DNA of 64,000 nt, taken from contig CAVWVO010000001.1 in the NCBI GenBank assembly GCA_963758515.1, positions 201,511 through 265,510 on the forward strand, given 5' to 3'. This DNA comes from an uncultured Actinomycetota bacterium (GTDB lineage: Bacteria > Actinomycetota > Acidimicrobiia > Acidimicrobiales > Bog-793). Of the stretch, positions 29,236 to 40,385 are shown one piece after another. The notes below the pieces were generated by a model. That model searched no databases, was not told where the DNA came from, and saw nothing but the letters and a program-made list of their open reading frames with translations. The translations under genes and the position numbers were made by a program. The stretch's first letter is position 1, and every line of letters begins with the position of its first letter.

Positions 29236-29903
29236 GCCCGGGCCTGCAGCCGGACGCCGACTGGCTCAGGCAGCTCCTCGCCGGCGACCCCGTCGATGTG
29301 GCGCCGCAGCTGCTCGGTATGCGGCTAGAGGCGGGTAGCGATGTCGCCGGGCGGATCGTCGAGGTGGAGGCGTACTGCGGGGCCGACGATTCGGCCTCGC
29401 ACGCCTACCGGGGCGAGACGGTGCGGAATCACGCCATGTTCGGCCGTCCGGGCCTGCTCTACGTCTATTTCACCTACGGAATGCACCACTGCTGCAACGT
29501 CGTCTGCCGCCCGGAGGGACAGGCGGGAGCTGTTCTTATCCGGGCGCTGGCGCCGGTCACCGGCCTCGAGACGATGCGGTCGAGGCGGCCCCGGGCCCGC
29601 CGGGACACCGACCTGTGCTCGGGCCCCGGCAAGCTCTGCCAAGCCCTTGGCCTCGACCGGGGCCACGACGGGATCGACCTCCTCGACCCGGCGAGCCCGG
29701 TCCGTCTCGTCGTGGGTCGCCCCGACGCGAGCCGCCCCGACGTGAGTGGCCACTTGACGGCGGTGGGCTGCGGAGCAAGGGTCGGGCTCTCAGCGTCCCT
29801 CGCGACGGCCGGCGAACCGTGGCGCTTCTTCGTGCTCGGCGACCCGAACGTGTCGCGGGCGCCGAAGCCGGCCGCTATTGTCTCAACAGCGCCCCCGGAC
29901 TGA
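29232..29903 (+). CDS. mpg: DNA-3-methyladenine glycosylase (Mpg/AAG family)
   Basis: ...GRIVEVEAYCGADDSASHAYRGETVRNHAMFGRPGLLYVYFTYGMHHCCNVV...GPGKLCQALG. Confidence 0.85.
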   Translation: MSPGLQPDADWLRQLLAGDPVDVAPQLLGMRLEAGSDVAGRIVEVEAYCGADDSASHAYRGETVRNHAMFGRPGLLYVYFTYGMHHCCNVVCRPEGQAGAVLIRALAPVTGLETMRSRRPRARRDTDLCSGPGKLCQALGLDRGHDGIDLLDPASPVRLVVGRPDASRPDVSGHLTAVGCGARVGLSASLATAGEPWRFFVLGDPNVSRAPKPAAIVSTAPPD

Positions 29904-29936
29904 GTCCGGAGGTGCAGATGCCGCCCCGGTTGTCGG

Positions 29937-29964
29937 TTGACAATCAGAGCGGCGGTGATAAGAT
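29937..29964 (+). promoter_or_regulatory. Candidate rRNA operon promoter (TTGACA, 16 nt, TAAGAT)
   Basis: ggTTGACAatcagagcggcggtgaTAAGATgaaaag lies ~360 nt upstream of the 16S gene, directly after the mpg stop. Confidence 0.5.
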
Positions 29965-30122
29965 GAAAAGCCGCTCGGAGCAGGAGTACCTGTTCCGGCA
30001 CGCGCCCGGAAGAGCTTCGGCTCACAGCACCGGGAACAGAGCGTGGGTCGCTCTCCGCAAGGAGGGCCACACCCGGCAGAGCGCGGTGGCACCTCCTTCC
30101 GCAAGGAAGTGTGTCCCGGCGT

Positions 30123-30134
30123 CGCTCCTTGACA
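30123..30134 (+). promoter_or_regulatory. BoxA-like antitermination element in the rRNA leader (alternatively the -35 of a second promoter)
   Basis: gctccttgacaa matches E. coli boxA GCTCTTTAACAA at 10/12. Read as a promoter it would be TTGACA (30129-30134), 16 nt, TAAAAG (30151-30156), which is a weaker -10. Confidence 0.4.
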
Positions 30135-30319
30135 ACGGAGAAGGAACAGCTAAAAGCCAGTGCGGGTGACCGACGGCGCCCTCGGCGTCCTCGGTCATCG
30201 AAGTCAATGCACTTGGACGGACAACAATCCGTTTCTGGTGCCAGTCGGCAAGGGGCGACCGTAGCCCCGACGCCGGCTCTCCTGATCGAAGCCCGTGGGT
30301 TCAACCCGCGGTGCGAGAT

Positions 30320-31847
<1,528 letters not shown>

Positions 31848-32114
31848 AGTCACGGTCAGTTCCGGATCGAGGCGCAACCAGCAACTTGTGGCGCCGTCTC
31901 GAGCCGGCAAACTGAGCACTCCCAGTTGATCACTGGCTATTCGGCACTGTTTCCGATCAGCTCTCGGTCTTGATTGCCGGTGGGTTCTGCGGGCTACTGC
32001 CCGCCGTGCCCGCTGGGACTCCCGGGACTTGCTGACCGGGACGGATGGCCGAGCTGTTCCTCCTCCGTTGCCAGGGAGCGGCGCCACGACATGCCGTCGT
32101 GCCCCTTGAGAACT

Positions 32115-32131
32115 CCATAGCGAGCACGAGC
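32115..32131 (+). other. 5' strand of the 23S processing stem (pairs perfectly with 36990-37006)
   Basis: ccatagcgagcacgagc (32115-32131) is the exact reverse complement of gctcgtgctcgctatgg (36990-37006). The two bracket the 23S gene in the way RNase III stems do. ttgagaactccatag just before it resembles mycobacterial spacer boxA. Confidence 0.6.
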
Positions 32132-33290
32132 ATCTGAATTTTTGTTCTCCAAGCTACAAAGAGCCAACGGTGGATGCCTTGGCGCCTGAAGCCGAAGAAG
32201 GACGTGGATGGCTGCGATAAGCCACGGGGAGCTGCCTATCAAGCTTCGATCCGTGGATGTCCGAATGGGGAAACCCGGCACCTGTCATGAGGTGTCACTC
32301 CGGTCTGAATGAATAGGACCGGCAGAGGGAACCGGGGGAATTGAAACATCTCAGTACCCCGAGGAGAGGAAAGCAACAGCGACTCCCTGAGTAGCGGCGA
32401 GCGAAACGGGAAGAGCCTAAACCGATGCGGTGTCAAGCCTGGTGGCGTTGCCGGATCGGGGTCGTGGGACGTGGAAGAAGGGGCACCAGACCCTTCACGG
32501 AGTTACAAAGTTGCTGCTTAGTGGAAGTGCACTGGAAAGACGCGCCATAGCGGGTAAGAGCCCCGTACACGAAAAGCAAGCAGCCTCCGTCCACCAATCC
32601 CGAGTAGCGCCGGATCCGGGAAAGCCGGCGTGAATCTACGAGGACCACCTCGAAAGGCTAAGTACTCACAGGCGACCGATAGCGAACTAGTACCGTGAGG
32701 GAAAGGTGAAAAGCACCCCGGGAGGGGAGTGAAATAGTACCTGAAACCGTTGGCTTACAAACAGTCAGAGCGTCGTCATCTCCTAAGGGAGGTGGCCGTG
32801 ATGGCGTGCCTTTTGAAGAATGAGCCAGCGAGTTACCGTGTGTGGCGAGGTTAACCCGAATGGGGGAGCCGGAGCGAAAGCGAGTCTGAACAGGGCGTTC
32901 AGTCGCATGCGGTAGACCCGAAGCCGAGTGATCTAGCCATGGGCAGGCTGAAGCGGGGGTAAGACCCCGTGGAGGGCCGAACCCACTTTGGTTGAAAACA
33001 AAGGGGATGACCTGTGGTTAGGGGTGAAAGGCCAAACAAACTCGGTGATAGCTGGTTCTCCCCGAAATGCATTTAGGTGCAGCGTCAGACGTTCAGCATC
33101 GGAGGTAGAGCACTGAATGGGCTAGGGGGCCTACAAGCTTACTGACCCCAATCAAACTCCGAATGCCGATGCTCCAGAGTCTGGCAGTGAGACCACGGGG
33201 GATGAGCTTCGTTGGTCGAAAGGGAAACAGCCCAGACCGCCAGCTAAGGCCCCAAATTCTAGGCTAAGTGGGAAACGATGTGGGAACGCA

Positions 33291-33360
<70 letters not shown>

Positions 33361-34225
33361 GTCCCGCGCGGACAATGTAACGGGGCTCAAGCCTAGAGCC
33401 GAAGCTGCGGGCTCCTGCCTAGAGCAGGAGCGGTAGGGGAGCGTCGATCTTGCTGAGAAGCGGCGGTGGGAACCGTCGTGGAGCGTGATCGAGTGAGAAT
33501 GCTGGCATGAGTAGCGAGAGAGGAGTGAGAAACTCCTCCGCCGTAAGCCCAAGGGTTCCTGGGGAAGGCTAATCCACCCAGGGTCAGTCGGGAGCTAAGG
33601 CGAGGCCGAGAGGCGTAGTCGATGCACAACTGGTTGATATTCCAGTACCACCGTGTCCGCGCCCATTCCAATCCGGGGGAACTACGGGGCTGGTCTTCGG
33701 ACCGATCTGTTGGAACCCGAGGCGGACAGCAAAGGGGGGACGCAGGAGGATAAGTGAACCCAGGCGCTGGTTGTCCTGGGGGAAGCGTGTAGGGGGAGTC
33801 CTAGGCAAATCCGGGGCTCACATACCCTGAGACGTGATCCCGAGCCATTCCAGGCGAAGTCACTGAGTCCATGCTGCCAAGAAAAGCCCCTAGCGAGTTG
33901 GCACGGTGCCCGTACCCCAAACCGACACAGGTGGGCGGGTAGAGCATACCAAGGCGATCGGGAGAACTGTGGTTAAGGAACTCGGCAAAATTCCTCCGTA
34001 ACTTCGGGAGAAGGAGGACCTCGATAGGGTGACGGACTTCGCGTCCCGAGCTCGAGGAGGTCGCAGAGAATTGGGGGAAGCGACTGTTTACTAAAAACAC
34101 AGCAGCGTGCGAAGTCGTAAGACGATGTATACGCTGTGACGCCTGCCCGGTGCCGGAAGGTTACGGGGAGGGGTTAGTCCTTCGGGACGAAGCTCTGAAC
34201 CTAAGCCCCGGTAAACGGCGGCCGT

Positions 34226-34977
34226 AAAGACAAGTTGCGGCTCCGGTTGGGTAACCGACCGGATCAAACCCTGCTATTTGCTGGAAACCCCGTGTATCCG
34301 GCGGTACTCGTCCATGGTGGCGCTCTCGAGCGCTGTCACATCCTCTTCGTAGGGTGAGAGCCATGGGCAGTGACAATCCGTCCGGTGCGGACAATCAGCA
34401 GGAAAGGCCCAGTTCCTCAGACTGGTTGGATCGTGTCCCGTATGACCTGGGCAACTGGGTCGCGGGCTTCGTCGACGGAGAGGGGAGCTTCAACGTCCCC
34501 GTCCGTCGAGAGCGTGATCGCGGCTTGCCATGGCGAGTCTCGTTGTCGTTCAATGTCTCGCAGATCGGTCCGGAACTCCCTGAGCTCCTGAGGTCGGTCT
34601 TCGGGGTGGGAACGGTTCGAGGTCGTGGGGACGGCGTCTTCTACTTTGAAGTCACTCGTCCCGGGGCGCTCGCAGAGCGGGTCTTCCCGTTCTTTGAGCG
34701 CTTCCCACTGCGCAGTCCGAAGCGGACAGATCTTGCGATCTTCCGCAGATCACTGAGCTCATCCAGTCAGGCCGGCACCGTACGCCGGCGGGCATCGGAG
34801 AGATCCTCATCCTGAGGTCTCCGATGAACCGAGGCGGAAAGCGCCGGTACGACGAGCGCTACATCCTCGCCGTACTTGAGAGTTGGGAATCCTCAGAGGC
34901 CATACGCAGGGCTCCGTCTTTGAAGCAAGACGGATGAAGATATGGTCCACGCCCTATGGCGACATAGGGGTAACGGG
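34226..34977 (+). mobile_element. Group I intron after U1911 (E. coli numbering) of 23S rRNA, ORF-containing, 752 nt
   Basis: Exon ...ggcggccgT | intron ...taacggG | aactataacggt. Guide gcggct (34237-34242) pairs with exon GGCCGU including the U.G wobble. Q-like aatcagcagg, R-like tcagaggcc, S-like aagatatggtcc. The junction could formally slide by 1-2 nt (AA is ambiguous), but only this placement gives U(-1)/G(omega). Confidence 0.8.
34354..34937 (+). CDS. LAGLIDADG homing endonuclease (single-motif, I-CeuI-like), frame break near 34746-34749
   Basis: Track ORF 34354..34815: ...LGNWVAGFVDGEGSFNVPV...SLSFNVSQ...GVGTVRGRGDG...RVFPFFERFPLRSPKRTDLAIF. The -1 frame then continues ITELIQSGRHRTPAGIGEILILRSPMNRGGKRRYDERYILAVLESWESSEAIRRAPSLKQDG, with its stop at 34935-34937. 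The likely start is ATG 34363. Confidence 0.75.
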
Positions 34978-34989
34978 AACTATAACGGT

Positions 34990-35295
34990 CAACCCAGGCC
35001 GTGGGTAAACCTGGCTATATGCTGGAATCCCCGTGTATCCGGCGGTACTCGTTATCCATCCATGGCCTCTGGCCATAGATTGATGGCAGTGACAATCCGT
35101 CCGGTGCGGACAATCAGCAGGAAACCGCGTTGTACAGCGGGATCCTCAGAGACTGCACGCCAGGCCTGTCAGCCTTCGCTGGCGGTGAAGGTACAGTCCG
35201 ACCCTCGTGGCGACACGAGGAATCAGGCAGAAATGGCCTGATCACTCTTCGAAAAGGCTCGGGTAACTGAGCTCCAGAAGAGGAGTAACAACGTG
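34990..35295 (+). mobile_element. Group I intron after U1923 of 23S rRNA, ORF-less, 306 nt, paralogous to the 34226 intron
   Basis: Exon ...tataacggT | caaccc...aacgtG | cctaaggtagcgaaa. Guide gccgtg (34998-35003) pairs with exon ACGGU. It shares gctggaaNccccgtgtatccggcggtactcgt and ggcagtgacaatccgtccggtgcggacaatcagcaggaaa with the upstream intron. R-like tcagagactgca. Confidence 0.75.
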
Positions 35296-35350
<55 letters not shown>

Positions 35351-35603
35351 CGACTTCCCCACTGTCTCAACCACAGACCCGGCGAAATTGAACTACGAGT
35401 AAAGATGCTCGTTAGCTGCACCAGGACGGAAAGACCCCGTGGACCTTTACTGCAGCTTGATGTTGAGTTTTGGTACTGATTGTGTAGGATAGGTGGGAGC
35501 CTAGGAAGCTTCGGCGTTAGCCGGGGTGGAGGCAACCTTGAAATACCACCCTGTTAGTGCTGGGGCTCTAACCTCGACCCGTAAGCCGGGTCAGGGACAG
35601 CGT

Positions 35604-35675
<72 letters not shown>

Positions 35676-35859
35676 GTTGGCAATCAGCCGTCGAGTGCAA
35701 TGGCAAAAGGGAGCTTGACTGCGAGACCTACAAGTCGAGCAGGTGCGAAAGCAGGCCATAGTGATCCAGCGATTGCGTGTGGAAGCGTCGTTGCTCAACG
35801 GATAAAAGGTACCCCGGGGATAACAGGCTCATCTTCCCCAAGAGTCCATATCGACGGGA

Positions 35860-35905
<46 letters not shown>

Positions 35906-35906
35906 C

Positions 35907-35942
<36 letters not shown>

Positions 35943-35965
35943 TACGCGAGCTGGGTTTAGAACGT

Positions 35966-36684
35966 AGATCACTGCGTCCCCAGGGAGTAATCCCTGGGTG
36001 CTCACCGGCTCATATCGGTGGAACCCCGACTGATACACCCGAACTGTACGGTCAGGGCAATACCGAGGGAAGGCCAACACCGGTGAAAGTGTTGCAAGCG
36101 TCCTATGTTGCAGGATTTCTCGATGGCGATGGAAGTATCCACTTCCAGCTCGTCAAGCAGAAGGAGTATCGATTCGGGTACTACATCCGGTCGAGCGTCT
36201 CCTTCTCGCAGAGCACCTCCGCCAGAGGAGGCCTGGAGATCCTCCAGAGCCTCGTTGGCGGTGGCTACCTGCGGGATCGTGGTACCGGAATGAGTGACCT
36301 CGTTGTCACCAGCCGGCCGCTTCTGCTCGACTTGTTGCGCTCTCTCGAGCCGTTCGTGATCTTCAAAAGGGAGCACGTGCGGCGAGCTCTCGATCTGCTT
36401 CCCCGCCTTGGCGGGGTGCGTGATCCGGAGCGGTACCTGCAACTGGCACGTGAAGTCGACGCCTTTGCCACCCTAAACTATTCGAAGACGAAGCGGATAA
36501 CCGCCGTAGATGTTGAGCGACATCTACGTAGCATGGGAGTGTTGTGCCCCTGTAACGACTTCCTCGCTTGCCACAGCGGGGGGATGGCGTCAGAAGTAAT
36601 CATCTCACGGACGCCATGACACGCCGGCCCCTCGAAAGAGGGTGAAGGTATAGTCTATGCCCGTAGTAATACGGGAGTTTCATG
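35966..36684 (+). mobile_element. Group I intron at L2593 of 23S rRNA, ORF-containing, 719 nt
   Basis: Exon gggtttagaacgT | agatcactgcgtcc...gagtttcatG | cgtgagacagttcgg. Guide gcgtcc (35974-35979) pairs with exon AACGU/GAACGU. S-like aaggtatagtct near the 3' end. Same site as the Chlamydomonas chloroplast Cr.LSU intron. Confidence 0.85.
36083..36619 (+). CDS. LAGLIDADG homing endonuclease (single-motif, I-CreI-like)
   Basis: Track ORF 35918..36619 starts in the exon. GTG 36083 is 9 nt after gagggaagg. VLQASYVAGFLDGDGSIHFQL...GGGYLRDRGTGMSDLVV...LEPFVIFKREHV...ATLNYSKTKRITA parallels I-CreI YLAGFVDGDGSI...GVGYVRDRGSVSDYILS...LQPFLKLKQKQA...AALNDSKTRKTTS (from memory). Confidence 0.85.
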   Translation: MKVLQASYVAGFLDGDGSIHFQLVKQKEYRFGYYIRSSVSFSQSTSARGGLEILQSLVGGGYLRDRGTGMSDLVVTSRPLLLDLLRSLEPFVIFKREHVRRALDLLPRLGGVRDPERYLQLAREVDAFATLNYSKTKRITAVDVERHLRSMGVLCPCNDFLACHSGGMASEVIISRTP

Positions 36685-36826
36685 CGTGAGACAGTTCGGT
36701 CCCTATCCGGTGCAGCCGTAGGAGATCTGAGGAAGGCTGTCCCTAGTACGAGAGGACCGGGACGGACGCAGCTCTTGTGTGCCAGTTGTCTTGCCAAAGG
36801 CACGGCTGGTTTGCGACCTGCGGAAG

Positions 36827-36858
<32 letters not shown>

Positions 36859-37104
36859 TCGTTCCAAGATGAGATCTCCCACAGGGTTAACCTGGTAAGG
36901 CCCGTGGTCAGAACACCACGTTGATAGGCCGGAGGTGTAAGCACGGCAACGTGTTCAGCCGACCGGTACTAATCGGCCGAGGGCTTGGGGCTCGTGCTCG
37001 CTATGGAAGGCTCACAGGGGCGACGGTTCGTCGTCGTCCTGACGGCTGCTGATATGTCGGCTCCAGAACTGGAGGCTGCCCCTCAGCGGCCGGAAGAGCG
37101 AAAG

Positions 37105-37224
<120 letters not shown>

Positions 37225-37237
37225 TTGATCTGAGGAA

Positions 37238-37268
37238 GAGCCCCGTGCCGCTTGGCGCGGGGCTCTTT
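37238..37268 (+). terminator. Intrinsic terminator of the rRNA operon
   Basis: gagccccgtgcc gctt ggcgcggggctc (12-bp stem with one G.U) followed by ttt. Confidence 0.6.
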
Positions 37269-37281
37269 CGCCGTCCGGGCT

Positions 37282-38033
37282 ATGGTGCGTCGCATGCCTC
37301 CCCGGAGCCCGCAGCAGCCGCGCGCCCGCGGCCCGGGCCCGCCAGCCTCAGGAGGCGGCCGGGGGGCCACGCCCTCACTACCAATCGCGCCAGGAGCGCA
37401 ACTTCGAGCTGCCGGCAGCCGTCAGCCGGGAGCTGCGCGATGCCTCGACCGGACGAGGGGTGCCGAGCCTCGAGCGGCGGTTGGGAGCAGCGGCGCGGGC
37501 TTACGAGCGGGACCGGTATCCCGAGGCGCTCGCCGCCATCAAGCCTGTCGTGGATGCCGCCCCCTCGTCGGCGGCGGTCCGCGAGCTGTACGGGCTCATC
37601 CTCTACCGTCTCGGGCGCTGGCGGAACGCCGCCAAGGAGCTGCGGGAGTTCCACGCCTTGAGCGGGTCGTTCGACCAGCACCCGGTGATCGCCGACTGCG
37701 AGCGGGCGATGCGGCATCTAGAGCGGGTGGAGGAGCTCTGGACCGAGATCCGCCGGGCAGGTGTCGACAGGGACGTGCTCGTCGAGGGGCGCCTCGTCAT
37801 GGCCGGGGCCCTTGCAGATGCCGGGCGGCTCACGGAAGCCATAGAGCTATTGAAGGCCGAGTCGCGCTCCCGCAAGCATCCCGACCTGGCGCACCTACGC
37901 GAGTGGTATGCCCTGGCGGACCTGTACGAGCGGGCAGGCGACCTCCCGAGGGCGCGGCGAGCTCTTCCGCAGGGTGGCGCTGGCGGCGCCCGAGCTGTTC
38001 GACGCCCCGCAACGGCTGGCGGAGCTTCGCTGA
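37282..38033 (+). CDS. TPR-like helical-repeat protein conserved upstream of ychF; about 2 frame breaks (G6 run 37361-37366 and ~37955)
   Basis: Core = track ORF 37460..38149: RLGAAARAYERDRYPEALAAIKPVV...VRELYGLILYRLGRWRNAAKELREFHALSG...ADCERAM...EWYALADLYERAGDLPRAR. One frame over it ends ELFRRVALAAPELFDAPQRLAELR with the stop at 38031-38033. No in-frame start exists upstream except via ATG 37282 in another frame. Confidence 0.5.
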
Positions 38034-38085
38034 GCCGGCCCTATCCCGTCCCGTCGCGCCCCACCGGCAGCTACGGTCGTCCGAC

Positions 38086-39186
38086 GTGGATCGCCTCGGC
38101 CTCGTCGGGCTGCCGAACTCGGGCAAGTCGGCCCTCTTCAACGCCCTGACAGGCGGGGACGCAACGGTCGCATCCCACCCGTTCTCCACCACCGAGAGCG
38201 AGATAGGTGTTGCTCAGGTCCCCGACGAGCGGCTTGAAGCCCTCGCCGAGATGAGCAAGAGCCGGAAGGTCGTCCAGGCCGCTTTCGAGGTCGTCGACAT
38301 CGCCGGCGTGCAGAAGTCCGCCGACCACGGCCAAGGCGGCGGCGGGAGCGACGGGCTCGGGACGAGGTTCCTGAGCGGCATCCGGGAGGTGGACGCCCTC
38401 GCCTACGTGCTCCGCAGCTTCGAGGACGAGTCGGTGCCGGGAGAGGTCGACCCCGAGGCTGCACTCGAAGTGCTCGAGCTCGAGCTCGTGCTGGCCGACG
38501 CCGCCACCCTCGAGACCCAGCTCGCCAAGAAACGCAAGCCCGGCTCCGTCGAACCCTCCTTCCAAGCGGCTCTCGGCGCCGCCCCCGCCGCCCTCGCCGT
38601 ACTGCACGGCGGCACGCCGCTCTACCGGTCCGGCCTGCCGGCAGATCAGCGGGAGGCGCTGCGGCCGCTCTTTCTCCTCACCAACAAGCCGGTGCTGGCG
38701 ATCGTCAACACCGGTGAGGATGCCGCTCAGTCGGCGGCCACCGATGCCGCCTCGGAGCGCCTCTCCGAGCAGCTCGGCGGCCATGCAGAGGTGCTCGCAG
38801 TCTCGGTCCAGCTGGAGGCCGAAGCCGCCCGCCTCGACGCCGCCGAGCGGGCAGAGCTGCTCGAGGGCCTCGGCCTCGGAGAGGGTGCCCTCGTCCGGGT
38901 GGCAAGGGCGGCCTATGCGATCTTGGGGCGGAACACTTTTCTCACCACCGGAGACAAAGAGTCCCGGGCATGGACGTTCCGGGCGGGAGCAAAGGCGCCC
39001 GAGTGCGCCGGCGTCATCCACTCGGATCTGCAGCGGGGTTTCATAAAGGCAGATGTCATCTACTGGTCCGATCTCCTCGCAGCCGGCTCGTTCGCGGCAG
39101 CCCGGGCCAAGGGACAGGTGCGACTCGAGGGGAAGGACTACGTCGTGAAGGACGGCGACGTCCTCGAGATCAGATTCAACGTGTGA
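38086..39186 (+). CDS. ychF: Redox-regulated ATPase YchF
   Basis: GTG 38086 in track ORF 37252..39186: [22 protein letters not shown] (G1)...VDIAG...C-terminal TGS domain ...[12 protein letters not shown]...[18 protein letters not shown]. Confidence 0.9.
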   Translation: MDRLGLVGLPNSGKSALFNALTGGDATVASHPFSTTESEIGVAQVPDERLEALAEMSKSRKVVQAAFEVVDIAGVQKSADHGQGGGGSDGLGTRFLSGIREVDALAYVLRSFEDESVPGEVDPEAALEVLELELVLADAATLETQLAKKRKPGSVEPSFQAALGAAPAALAVLHGGTPLYRSGLPADQREALRPLFLLTNKPVLAIVNTGEDAAQSAATDAASERLSEQLGGHAEVLAVSVQLEAEAARLDAAERAELLEGLGLGEGALVRVARAAYAILGRNTFLTTGDKESRAWTFRAGAKAPECAGVIHSDLQRGFIKADVIYWSDLLAAGSFAAARAKGQVRLEGKDYVVKDGDVLEIRFNV

Positions 39187-39235
39187 GTCACCGCCGGTAG
39201 GCTCCCCTATCGAGCCGGACGATAGGAGACCCGCT

Positions 39236-40291
<1,056 letters not shown>

Positions 40292-40385
40292 CCCTGCGGC
40301 CGGCTCGTCGAGCCAAGAACCGCCAGCTCACGCAACCCGGCTACTAAGCTTTGACCAGCGAAATATCTCGCGGGACGGAGATGAC

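Noticed and set aside
30129-30156. Second rRNA promoter (TTGACA, 16 nt, TAAAAG).
   Set aside because: The -10 lacks the invariant final T. The TTGACA is embedded in a better boxA match, so it is kept only as an alternative reading.
30293-30311. tRNA T-arm-like motif ccgtgggttcaacccgcgg just upstream of the 16S gene.
   Set aside because: It is a 7-bp stem with a 5-nt loop. There is no acceptor, D or anticodon arm around it. It is more likely part of the pre-16S leader structure.
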